DNA of 64,000 bases from Macrostomum lignano. Lineage: Eukaryota. Positions within the stretch are counted from its first letter, which is position 1. Each line of letters opens with the position of its first letter. The notes under the pieces are model-generated. The model had not been told where the DNA came from. It did not search any database and worked only from the letters and a program-made list of their open reading frames with translations. Of the stretch, positions 50,580 through 61,088 are shown one piece after another. Position numbers and translations under genes: made by a program. The stretch covers positions 1-64,000 of the forward strand of contig NIVC01003400.1 in the NCBI GenBank assembly GCA_002269645.1. The letters are read 5' to 3'.

Positions 50580-51124
50580 AACCCCATGCAATCTGAGCTA
50601 GAGTGATGTTTCATAATGGATTTCTCCTTGCTCTACCTGCAGGGACTTAACCAACCCTTCACATGCATAAGTCTAAGCTAGAGTGTTTTCACCCCCTAAA
50701 TAAATGTGCTGAGCTGTACATGCATTTGTGTCTATGAGTGCAACATGCCAATTCTCCAACCAACTAACCACTTGGCGGATCCAAGAGGGGTGCAGGTGCA
50801 GAGATGGTCACTTTACCCCTCAAAACTGAAGTGGCCAGCGTACTCCCACTCAGAATTTTATTACAAATATGATGCATGAAATCACACATGAGAAGCAAGT
50901 ACATGTAAGAAACAGCTAGTTTATAAGTGAAAATGGCAGACATCTGCATTTTTGCCAAGAGCCAGTTAGCACAAAACAGCAAGCGCTTCAATATGATGTT
51001 TGTCAGCAATGGCAGCACCATCGTCTGTTGTGGCACAGGAATTTCTAAGGAAGAATATTGAGAGCTGTCAAGCCAAGGGGTCAAGCCAAGGGAACTTTCC
51101 ATGGAGCTGCACATGTTGTCGAGG

Positions 51125-51357
51125 TGAGCTGCCAGCCATCTAGCCACTAGCCGCCCAGCTGCAGGTAGAGCTGCCAGCCATCCAGCCGCAGGTAGAGCCG
51201 CCAGCTGTCCAGCCGCCAGCTGCCCAGCCGCAGGTATAGAGCCGCCAGCCACCCAGCTGCAGGTATAGAGCTGCCAGCCGTCCAGCCGCAGGTAGAGCCA
51301 CCAGCCGTCTAGCCGCCAGCCATCCAGCAGCAGTAAAGCCACCAGCCGTCCAGCCAA
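51125..51357. repeat. Degenerate GCCAGCC-core minisatellite
   Basis: Direct reading (GCTGCCAGCCATCCAGCCGCAGGTAGA-like units). Confidence 0.8.
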
Positions 51358-51379
51358 TTCAGTTAATTTTCAGTTAACT

Positions 51380-51570
51380 TTAACCAATTCACCGGGCCAT
51401 GCTCGGCTTTGCCACTGGGTGAAAGCAGATTAAAAAGATTTTAACTGTCTTCTTTCCAGACAATTTTGAATCTTTTGGCAAAAACACGATCAAAATCGGT
51501 GAAGAATTGCAAGCTCTAGAGCGTTATGAACATACAAACAAACAAACAAATATTAGAGATTTAGATAGAT
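51380..51570 (+). mobile_element. Possible Lep1/HINE-like Helitron-related element
   Basis: GC-rich 5' motif CCGGGCCATGCTCGGCTTTGCC, internal CAAAATCGGTGAAG...CTAGAG, 3' (ACAA)n tract. Confidence 0.35.
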
Positions 51571-53833
51571 TTAGAAGGAAAGGATCAAATTAATTCTGCA
51601 GTAATTTAAATGTATAGGTCTTAATGCTATTCTCTTTGTGCTTTGATCTTTTTGATCTTTGTGCTTACATATAGCTACAAATTACAGTATTTAACGACTA
51701 TCTTTGTGGGTTGTGACTCCGCTATTGTCTGGTCCCAAGCCCAGAATGTGAAAGGAGGAGGGCGACTATATGTAGATACATATATATGTATAATGTTTAA
51801 TCTTAATCTTTATATAGTTATATAGTTATATAATTGCATGTACGAGTATATATGTTACATATAGCAAAGTTTTTCATACAAAAAGTGGATGACGAAGGGT
51901 CCAGGGAGTAGATGACGAAGTGTCCATATTAGTAATGTGGATGACAAAGTGGTAAGATGACGAAGTGTCCAACAATAAGAGTGGATGACGAAGTAATAAG
52001 ATGACGAAGTGTCCAGTAACCCTTAATATTAGCTTTATATCTTCAACAATATAATATTAATTATTACTGCTTTTGAGTTGACTTTGATAATAGACTTAAA
52101 AACCTATTAATTGACCTTTTTTGTTATAAATTAGATCTTAGGCTAATTTATTATAGGACTTGTCTTTTGTCTATCCAAAACAACATGTACAGAAAAACCT
52201 TAGTGTATAGCATTCATTTTTATATTTTGTCCTAAATTCTTTGCTGCTAATGGAGTAACCTATCTAAATCTTATAGATTCTTCTAATCTTCTATTTAAAG
52301 TCTTAATATTTTCTTAATGAAATTTGGCTCGTAGGTACCTTTACTACTTCTTTGTTACTTATAGAAATTGATAAAATATTTTTTGTTAATGACAAAAGGG
52401 AAACTATTCTAGATAAAAATAGAATAAACAGAACAATATAAGTCTCTTTTATGACAATTGTTAAAATTGGAATTGCCTTGAATGTTTTCATATCTCATTT
52501 TCTTAAAAATATTTAATGCTTAGTAACTAGTTGCATGACAATGACAATTTCTTAGTAACTAGTACTAAGTTAGTGTCAAACAAATAAGTAAAAAATTGTA
52601 TTCAATGGCTTGTCTCAAACCCTAAACCAATCTAGATTTGGAGTTCTTAAATCTTAAATCTTGAGTTCTTATCCTCTATGGTCTAAACTTTTATTGACCA
52701 TCACATAGTCTTAATGCATAGTAGTCTAGATAAAATCCTAAGTTGTATTAATCTTATAGAGCCTACAATCTTTGAACTTGCTCATTAGATATTTTACTAT
52801 AAAGCTTAGAGATTGAATAACTGGAACATATTATTTAGTCTATCAAGCAAGCTGTCATGGTAAACCCTAGCCAAAAGGACTTCCTTGCTACAAATGACCA
52901 GCACTATAAAATCAATACATAAACTGAAATTGAACCAGCCATGTTTAGAATGTCATTGAAATATGCTAAGGAATAGATAATTAAAATCCTATCTATGATG
53001 GCAACTTGAAATCTTCTAGGCTCATAGAGCTGATATTATCTTTGCCTTCAAATGTCTTTGACATGGCTTCCAAGTATTGAACTTCCTTTTCTAGGTGATT
53101 GGAAGCAGTTATTATAGAAGTGGATTGTCAAATAGTAGCTGGATTTGAGGATAGGTAAAAAGTGCATTAGCAAATATAGTTGGGAATGTATCTTTCTACT
53201 TGTACCTTTCTACTTGTTGGCTCCTTTGTGGTGAAGTTCTTCAAGCTATTGAAGTTTTCCTTGATAGTCATTAGATAAAACTTGCAAAGAGAGTAGCATA
53301 CTTAAGACCTTGAGTGCTTGAAAAAAACAAAGTATTTTCATGCCTTAAAAAATGGATTGGATTTTATTTACAAAGCTTTAAGAGCCTCATCTTTTTGAAA
53401 AGAATGAAATATCACCTTTGTCTTAGCTAAGCTTGTTATAGAAGATTTCATATAGCCAATTGTTTAATAATTGTAACTTATACTCTTTTTAGGGATACAA
53501 AATGACTGGTTAAGAGAAATTTAAATCAATTAAATAGATTGAGATTGCAAGAAAACTATATTTATAGAAAACTATATATTCCAACCAAATATATATATTT
53601 ATATTTATATATATATATAGTCAAATAAATTGTAGAAATAGGCACAGGACAACAGGATCTAAGGCACACATTCATGAATGTTTATTACTAATTATTTTTT
53701 ACCCTAGAGCAGATTAGTGGCATATGTCATTTAGGTCATATGAAATTCAGGTACTCATAAATTGCTTATAGGGCGTAGTTAAAATTGAAATTAGAATATT
53801 TTTGTAACTAGTTTTATTAAGAAGCAATTTCAA

Positions 53834-56800
53834 ATGTTGCAACTGCAGCAGGGAATCTGTGACTCGCCATTATCAATGGAGTCTCTAATTAAAAGTGGCT
53901 CATTGTCATCCAATGATAAGGAGTTTTTACAGCAGTTTTCTAATGATGCAAATATGAATGCAGTAGTGAAATTGTGCGACATTCTTGAAGGCTATCTGGC
54001 TAGACGAGTGGCTCCTGTCACGCCGAGCGCACTAGAGGATGTTGTCGAGGTGATTAATGCCATTTTTTCTATTTGTATCGTGTGTTTCTTGATAAAGTAG
54101 ACATTTTTATAAACATAGATTATTAACTCAATGGCATTATCAGATTAGCTCATGTTTGCTAATCATGTCTATCACTCAGGTATCTGTTCCCTTAATTAGG
54201 CTATCGCCCAGGTATCTGCTCCCTAATTAGAGGCTATCGTCCAGGTGTCTTCCATAATAAGCTTTCGCCCAGGTGTCTGCTCCCTAATAGGCTTTCGCAC
54301 AGGTGTCTGTTCCCTAATAGGCTTTCGCCCAGGTGTCTGCTCCCTAATAGGCTTTCGCACAGGTGTCTGTTCCCTAATAGGCTTTCGCCCAGGTGTCTGC
54401 TCCCTAATAGGCTTTCGCACAGGTGTCTGTTCCCTAATAGGCTTTCGCCCAGGTGTCTGCTCCCTAATAGGCTTTCGCCCAGGTGTCTGCTCCCTAATAC
54501 TGTTAGAGTCTTCCGCACAGGTGTCTGTTCTCTAATAGGCTTTTGCACAGGTTTCTAGCTTAGTAATTTTCACTAAGCTATTCGCAACTAGACAAAAGCA
54601 ACCCCTCCGCCAGAAATAAAATAATTTGATATTCATATTGCCTTGTGCATTGCCCAAATCGCAGGCCTACGACTATTTGCGCTGCCATCCGCACGCCGAA
54701 GGCTGTCACGAATTGGTACATCTATTGCGCAAGCCGCATATGAAAGCCTTGATCCAGTGTCACGATGACCTAGCTAATCGTACCTACGGCCCTAGACTAT
54801 CGCCTGTGCCTCACGAGGTCGATGAAGACGATGTTAGCGTGAAAATTGTCGAGTTGGTGAAGCAGGACGAGCCGCTAGGCGCCACTATTAAGATTAATGA
54901 GCGAACCGGGGCCATCCTCATTGCCCGGGTGATGCACGGAGGACTGGCTGATCGCAGCGACCTGCTGCAGGCCGGGGACGAAGTTCAAGCTGTCAATCAG
55001 GTTTGACTGATCGGCTTGTATCTTGGGGTCTGTCTGTACACGAGTCTAGCTAGCGAGCAGATCAGTGAGGCATCTAGCTAGCGGGCAGATCAGTCTGGAA
55101 TCTAGCTAGCGGGCAGATCAGTGAGGCATCTAGCTAGCGGGCAGATCAGTCTGGAATCTAGCTAGCGGGCAGATCAGTGAGGCATCTAGCTAGCGGGCAG
55201 ATCAGTGAGGCATCTAGCTAGCGGGCAGATCAGTCTGGAATCTAGCTAGCGGGCAGATCAGTGAGGCATCTAGCTAGCGTGCAGATCAGTGAGGCATCTA
55301 GCTAGCGGGCAGATCAGTGAGGCATCTAGCTAGCGGGCAGATCAGTGAGGCATCTAGCTAGCGGGCAGATCAGTGAGGCATCTAGCTAGCGGGCAGATCA
55401 GTGAGGCATCTAGCTAGCGTGCAGATCAGTGAGGCATCTAGCTAGCGTGCAGATCAGTGAGGCATCTAGCTAGCGGGCAGATCAGTGGGGCATCTAGCTA
55501 GCGGGCAGATCAGTGAGGCATCTAGCTAGCGTGCAGATCAGTGAGGCATCTAGCTAGCGTGCAGATCAGTGAGGCATCTAGCTAGCGGAGATCAGTGAGG
55601 CATCTAGCTAGGGTGCAGATCAGTGAGGCATCTAGCTAGCGGGCAGATCAGTGAGGCATCTAGCTAGCGTGCAGATCAGTGAGGCATCTAGCTAGCGGGC
55701 AGATCAGTGAGGCATCTAGCTAGCGGGCAGATCAGTGGTGGCCAAGTGTATTAAAATGTTTTTGTAATGAAAGGCTAATGCATTTGAAATTGGCATTTAC
55801 TCATTCGCAGGTGCTAGTGGCCGGCCAGGACCCCATGACGGCTATTCGAATGCTGACCACCGCCCGTGGCAACGTCCGACTCTCCGTACTGCCGTCTGAG
55901 CGCAGATCCTCGTCAACAGCTGGAGGCGTTGGGAGCGTCAGCAGCGGCGGACAGCAACAAGTCGGTGTCAGTCCGGCCACCGTGCGAGTGCTATTCAACT
56001 ACAACCCAGCGGATGACGGGCTCATACCGTGCCAAGAGGCTGGACTCTGCCTGCGGCTAGGCGACATCTTGCAGCTGGTTAATCGCGAGGACGGCGATTG
56101 GTGGCAGGCGGTCAAGGAGGGCGACGCCAGGCGGCGAGCCGGTCTGGTGCCCAGCACGGATCTGCTGCTTCGGCGGTATCAAAAGCAGCAGCAGCTTCAA
56201 CAACAGCAGCAGCAGCAGGGCCGAAGATCGAGTGTAAAGTCCACGGCGTCCTCGGCCACTTCGTCGCCTTCATCTCCGGCAACGGCGCATCGAGGTTAGT
56301 GGAAGTGTGGCGAAGCTTGATTTCATTTTGTTAGGTGAAGATTTTTATAGCGCTTCTCAACTTCATGTATTTGTGTACAGCGGCCATGTGTAAGTGTATG
56401 TGTACACAAAGCCAAATAGAGATTTATGTGGGGCGAAACTCCCATGCACCCAGCGCCAACTAGGGATTATAGGGCGCCAAAATCCCATGCACCCAACGCC
56501 AACTAGGGATTATAGGGTGCCAAAATCCCATGCACACAGCGCCAACTAGGGATTATAGGGCGCCAAAATCCCATGCACCCAGCGCCAACTAGGGATTATG
56601 TGGCGCCAAAATCCCATGCACCCAGCGCCAACTAGGGATTATAGGGCGCCAAAATCCCATGCACCCAGCGCCAACTAGGGATTATAGGGCGCCAAAATCC
56701 CATGCACCCGGCGCCAACTAGGGATTATGTGGCGCCAAAATCCCATGCAACCAGCGCCAACTAGGGATTATGTGGCGCCAAAATCCCATGCACTCATCGC

Positions 56801-57777
56801 CAACTAGGGATTATGTGGCGCCAAAATCCCATGCACCCATCGCCAACTAGGGATTATGTGGCGCCAAAATCCCATGCACCCAGCGCCAACTAGGGTTTAT
56901 GCGGCGCCAATTGGGCAAGTGTAGCGCCGATATGACACAGTCTAATTAACGAAAACTTCGCAGTTGATACTACTAGTCACCTCGCTGTTAAGTAGCATGC
57001 TAAGCTATTTTTTACTATTTGTACTTTCTAAAAAAAGCAGACAGCTCCGGCTCCGACCAGCAGCAGCCGCCGCCGCAGTTCTTCGAAGAGCTCGGCCGAT
57101 TTTATCCCGGCCAGCCGGACGGCCCAACTGGTTCGCCTGTGCCGCCCTACCGGCCGCTAGTGCTGATCGGACCGTCCGGTGTTGGTCGGCGAGAACTGGC
57201 CAGACAGCTGGTTGGCACGGATCGGGAACACTTTGCTCTGCCTGTGCTTGTCTCCACCCGATCTCAGCAGCGCCCGGAACCGTTCGTGTCTCTCACGGCT
57301 GCTCAAATCCGGGCCCTAGCCGAAGCCGGCCGCCTGGCCGAACAGTGGACAGAGGACGGCGGCAACGAGACCTGGGCTCTGCCAGTCGACTCGCTGACTA
57401 AACTGCTCCGCGATGGCCGCGTGCCAGTCTGCGTGCCGCACGGGCCGCCGCCTCACTGCCTACTGGGCCTGCGCACTCCGTCGCTTCGAGCTTTCGTTGT
57501 CTACGTTAAGCCGCCTCCGTTGGACGTGCTCAGAGAGACCAGGGCGCCGCATCTGCTGCAGCAGCAGGAGGACAGCCTGTACGATACTGGGCGCCAGCTG
57601 ACTCTGTCCGAACTCGAGGCCATGGTCATTGAGGGCCAGCGCATGGAATCGGCCTGCGCCCACCTGATCGACTTTACCTTGGTTAATGACGATTTGCCAG
57701 TAGCGCTGGAGACTCTGTCTGAGCTGGCTTATCGATTGGAAACTGACTTCTCCTATGTGCCCAAGCACTGGCTATGA
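53834..57777 (+). CDS. p55-family MAGUK, MPP7-like (L27-L27-PDZ-SH3-GK); exons 53834-54049, 54665-55000, 55811-56294, 57041-57777 (590 aa)
   Basis: ELVHLLRKPHMKALIQCHD (L27); SVKIVELVKQDEPLGATIK...GAILIARVMHGG.ADRS (MPP7-type PDZ); VRVLFNYNP.DD.LIPC.EAGL...GDILQ...WWQA (SH3); LVLIGPSGVGR (GK). GT-AG introns of phase 0, 0, 1. Confidence 0.9.
54175..54548. repeat. 30-bp intronic minisatellite (GGTGTCTGCTCCCTAATAGGCTTTCGCCCA)n
   Basis: Direct reading; MAGUK intron 1. Confidence 0.95.
55045..55737. repeat. 28-bp intronic minisatellite (ATCTAGCTAGCGGGCAGATCAGTGAGGC)n
   Basis: Direct reading; MAGUK intron 2. Confidence 0.96.
56420..56912. repeat. 43-bp intronic minisatellite (GCGCCAAAATCCCATGCACCCAGCGCCAACTAGGGATTATRKG)n
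   Basis: Direct reading; MAGUK intron 3. Confidence 0.96.
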
Positions 57778-57789
57778 GCTGGCTCTGAG

Positions 57790-58162
57790 GCAGTGAGCTG
57801 CCATCTGTTTATCTGCCCCACACTAATCCTGCAGTAAGCTGCCATCTGCTTATCTGCCCCCACACTGATCCTACAGTGAGCTGCCATCTGCTTATCTGCC
57901 CCACACTGATCCTGCAGTGAGCTGCCATCTGCTTATCTGCCCCACACTGATCCTGCATTGAGCTGCCATCTGCTTATCTGCCCCACACTGATCCTGCAGT
58001 GAGCTGCCATCTGCTTATCTGCCTTACACTGATCCTGCAGTGAGCTGCCATCTGCTTATCTGCCCCCACACTGATCCTGCAGTGAGCTGCCATCTGCTTA
58101 TCTGCCTTACACTGATCCTGCAGTGAGCTGCCGTGTGCTTATCTGCCCCCACACTAGTCCTG
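57790..58162. repeat. 41-bp minisatellite (CAGTGAGCTGCCATCTGCTTATCTGCCCCACACTGATCCTG)n just after the MAGUK stop
   Basis: Direct reading. Confidence 0.95.
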
Positions 58163-59332
58163 CAAGGACCACTTCTTGTTTAAAAATGCGTCTTATATTT
58201 GTTACTGCTGTTACTAGTCTGAATACTGACTTAAGCTTATCACTCATGCCTATACCAGAGCTGGCTTTTTTCGCTCAGTCTACAGCTTTAATTATTAATA
58301 ATTTGAATTTCTGTACCCCCCTCTGCATTGTCTAGTCACATTAGTCTGAGTTGTAGCTTTTCTAGTTAATCATCAGTGTATTAACAATACACTTGTTTTT
58401 ACTGCAGTTAAAGTTCTATTAAGCAATTATGAGTGTATACATGTGTGTATTATATATTGGCATTTGTTGTTACTTGCATATTGCTGAATTTGACTGTTCG
58501 AGAAATATATACTAAGTAACCGTATAAGCTGGCTTTGTATATATTGTTGACTACTATTGCGTTTTATTCTCTTTATTCTGTACGGCATGAATTATGAGCT
58601 AACTTAATTCATGCTTTTAGGTATTTATGTACTAGGTTAATAATCAATAGTCATTAGCTGTTAAGAACTTTACCGTGACAAAAATCGCTAAATATTGTCT
58701 GCAAACAACTCAGTAATGACTCTAGCGACTCTGGGGTGACTCCTTTGACTGTAATGCACACTGTTGAGTCACAAGCGCATCACTTGAGTTGTAGAATCGT
58801 AGAGTCGTCCAAGAGTCGTTGTGTTAGCGCTTAACTGTCTACTAACTCAAGTAGACTAAATAGAGTTGTAATAAGTGCGGAATGCGATTCTGATTCATGA
58901 AGTGAACTCGGTGATTCTACAGCGACTCTAGCACGTCTCAGATAAGACTCTACGGCCGCAGAGTCACTTGCGTCTCTTCAGAGTCGCAGATAATAAAACG
59001 TCCCGTCGTTTTAGAGTCGTCTAGAGTCACTTCTTGTCCTATTTTACCTGTGTTACCTTCAACGACACTGGGTCTCGACGCAATTGAATCTAGGAGGCTT
59101 CCTGGCCTAAGTACCAGAATATATCGATGAATCAAAGAATAGGGCTTAACTATATATTTTCTTAAATTCTATTGCCAATTGGAAATGGAAAATTCTGAGC
59201 TCATTTTTTGCGTACTTTTGCTCCCCGAAGGGGGGGCAGACTTGCTAGTCTAATATACTAAAAATGAAAATCTTGAATTCAATACAAAGCATTCATAATT
59301 TGTTGCTTTTTCATGCTGTAAAACTCCCAGCC

Positions 59333-59698
59333 ATGCCTAGCGAGGACAGCCCCGCCCCAGTGTCCTCTGTCGGGCCGGAAGTGGACGCTCTATCAATGAA
59401 AGCGGCCCTATCTAGCGCGCCTACAACCGGACACTATATGGCCGGCATGACAGCTGTGGCCTGGCTGTGCCGCAATGCTTATTTAAAAGCGCCCTGGTTC
59501 TACCAGCTGCCGCAGGGTCTGGTTGGCACAGCCGCTGTGTTTACCGCCGGCTATTTGCTAGACGTGTACTGGAATAATGAGCTCAAAATGCGAGCCGCCT
59601 ACGTGGCCGACTTCAAGCGAACTCACCCGGAGCTTTACCCGGAGACCAGGCGGCTGCGCTGGGGCGAGGTGCTCGATCCTTGGGTGCCGAAGCGTTAA
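59333..59698 (+). CDS. ndufc2: NADH dehydrogenase (complex I) subunit C2 (B14.5b), intronless
   Basis: Two hydrophobic segments and the C-terminus FKRTHPELYPETRRLRWGEVLDPWVPKR, matching the NDUFC2 ending HPEDFP...TYGE....HPIR. Likely start ATG at 59333. Confidence 0.85.
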   Translation: MPSEDSPAPVSSVGPEVDALSMKAALSSAPTTGHYMAGMTAVAWLCRNAYLKAPWFYQLPQGLVGTAAVFTAGYLLDVYWNNELKMRAAYVADFKRTHPELYPETRRLRWGEVLDPWVPKR

Positions 59699-60049
59699 TT
59701 AACCTAATGCTTGAGTAGGAGGGAGCAAGGCAGATTTTTGAATGCTCTCTGTTCTATTTTTAGAAAATGTCATCATCCTATTCAATACATCTTAGTATAT
59801 AGGTTTAAAAGTGTGTAGCGTCCCTTAGATTAGATGGGCTCTTTAGTTCCCGTAGTGACAGTGGAATAATAGGCCATGCCTAGTGTATATTCAAAACTGC
59901 TATTTAGCTAATATAAATCAACTTGTTATGCTCTTTTTCAAATGCCTGGACGAACTGGCTAAAAAGTTTGTTTTGGTTGACTTGTCCACTCTATTTTCTA
60001 TCTTACTTTTGTTTAGTATGTGCTTGAACCTAGCGTTGTCATGTTTGCA

Positions 60050-60605
60050 GGAATGTAGAGAGAATAGATGTCAGAGACAGGAATGTGGGAGAGAATAGAT
60101 GTCAGAGACAGGAATGTGGGAGAGAATAGATGTCAGAGACAGGAATGTGGGAGAGAATAGATGTCAGAGACAGGAATATGGGAGAGAATAGATGTCAGAG
60201 ACAGGAATATGGGAGAGAATAGATGTCAGGGACAGGAATGGGGGAGAGAATAGATGTCAGAGACAGGAATATGGGAGAGAATAGATGTCAGAGACAGGAA
60301 TATGGGAGTGAATAGATGTCAGAGACAGGAATAGGGGAGAGAATAGATGTCAGAGACAGGAATGTGGGAGAGAATAGATGTCAGAGACAGGAATGTGGGA
60401 GAGAATAGATGTCAGAGACAAAAATATGGGAGAGAATAGATGTCAGGGACAGGAATGGGGGAGAGAATAGATGTCAGAGACAGGAATATGGGAGAGAATA
60501 GATGTCAGAGACAGAAATATGGGAGTGAATAGATGTCAGAGACAGGAATAGGGGAGAGAATAGATGTCAGAGACAGGAATGTGGGAGAGAATAGATGTCA
60601 GAGAC
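60050..60605. repeat. 31-bp minisatellite (GAGAGAATAGATGTCAGAGACAGGAATGTGG)n
   Basis: Direct reading. Confidence 0.96.
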
Positions 60606-60689
60606 TAATAGTAGTGTATATGAGAAAAGTTTCACAACTCTCCCGTTTATTATATTTTCATGCTTGCAACTTGCTCTCACAAATCAGCC

Positions 60690-61088
60690 ATGCAGGTTAG
60701 CAACAAGCTCGGTGCACTGCTAACAGCTGTAACTGTCGCAGTGCTTGTTTCCAGCTGCCTAGCCAATGCCCACAACGCCATCCTCGGCGGCTGGAGCCAG
60801 ATGAAGCAGTCTGATATGGATAGCGACGTATTTCGCGAGTGCCTGGATGCAGCTGCCGCTGAGTACAACGCCCGGCTAGCTTCATCTGATGGAGATTCCA
60901 GTGTGAAAGCTACCGTAGGCCGAGTGAGCCAGGCCCAGCAGCAGGTGGTGTCTGGAATGAAGTACAAATTTAAGGCTAGTATGACTGTGCCCGGCTGCGA
61001 CTCCTGCGAGGACAAGAGCTGCGAATTTGTAGTCTGGTATCGCGCCTGGATGCCGGAGCGAGCCAAGGTGCTTAGCGTGAATTGTTAA
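60690..61088 (+). CDS. Secreted cystatin (cysteine protease inhibitor), intronless, 132 aa
   Basis: Signal peptide, N-terminal LGG, QVVSG (QxVxG), C-terminal VWYRAW, several Cys. Confidence 0.9.
   Translation: MQVSNKLGALLTAVTVAVLVSSCLANAHNAILGGWSQMKQSDMDSDVFRECLDAAAAEYNARLASSDGDSSVKATVGRVSQAQQQVVSGMKYKFKASMTVPGCDSCEDKSCEFVVWYRAWMPERAKVLSVNC

Larger units (their letters stand above)
48792..52021. mobile_element. Non-autonomous TIR DNA transposon with subterminal repeats and an 8-bp TSD (CTTAATAT)
   Basis: Left end GGCTCCTAGACACTTTGTCATC, right end GATGACGAAGTGTCCAGTAACC; multiple GATGAC[G/A]AAGTG subterminal copies at both ends; TSD at 48784-48791 and 52022-52029. Superfamily uncertain (Mutator-like possible). 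Confidence 0.78.

Noticed and set aside
50769-51417. hAT-like ends (CACTTGGCGGATCC ... GCCACTG)
   Set aside because: TIRs match poorly and there is no TSD.
59264-59332. Upstream ATG extension of NDUFC2; likewise 60660 for the cystatin and 33965 for the ELAV-like gene
   Set aside because: AT-rich or non-ATG extensions; the downstream ATGs give family-typical lengths or signal peptides.
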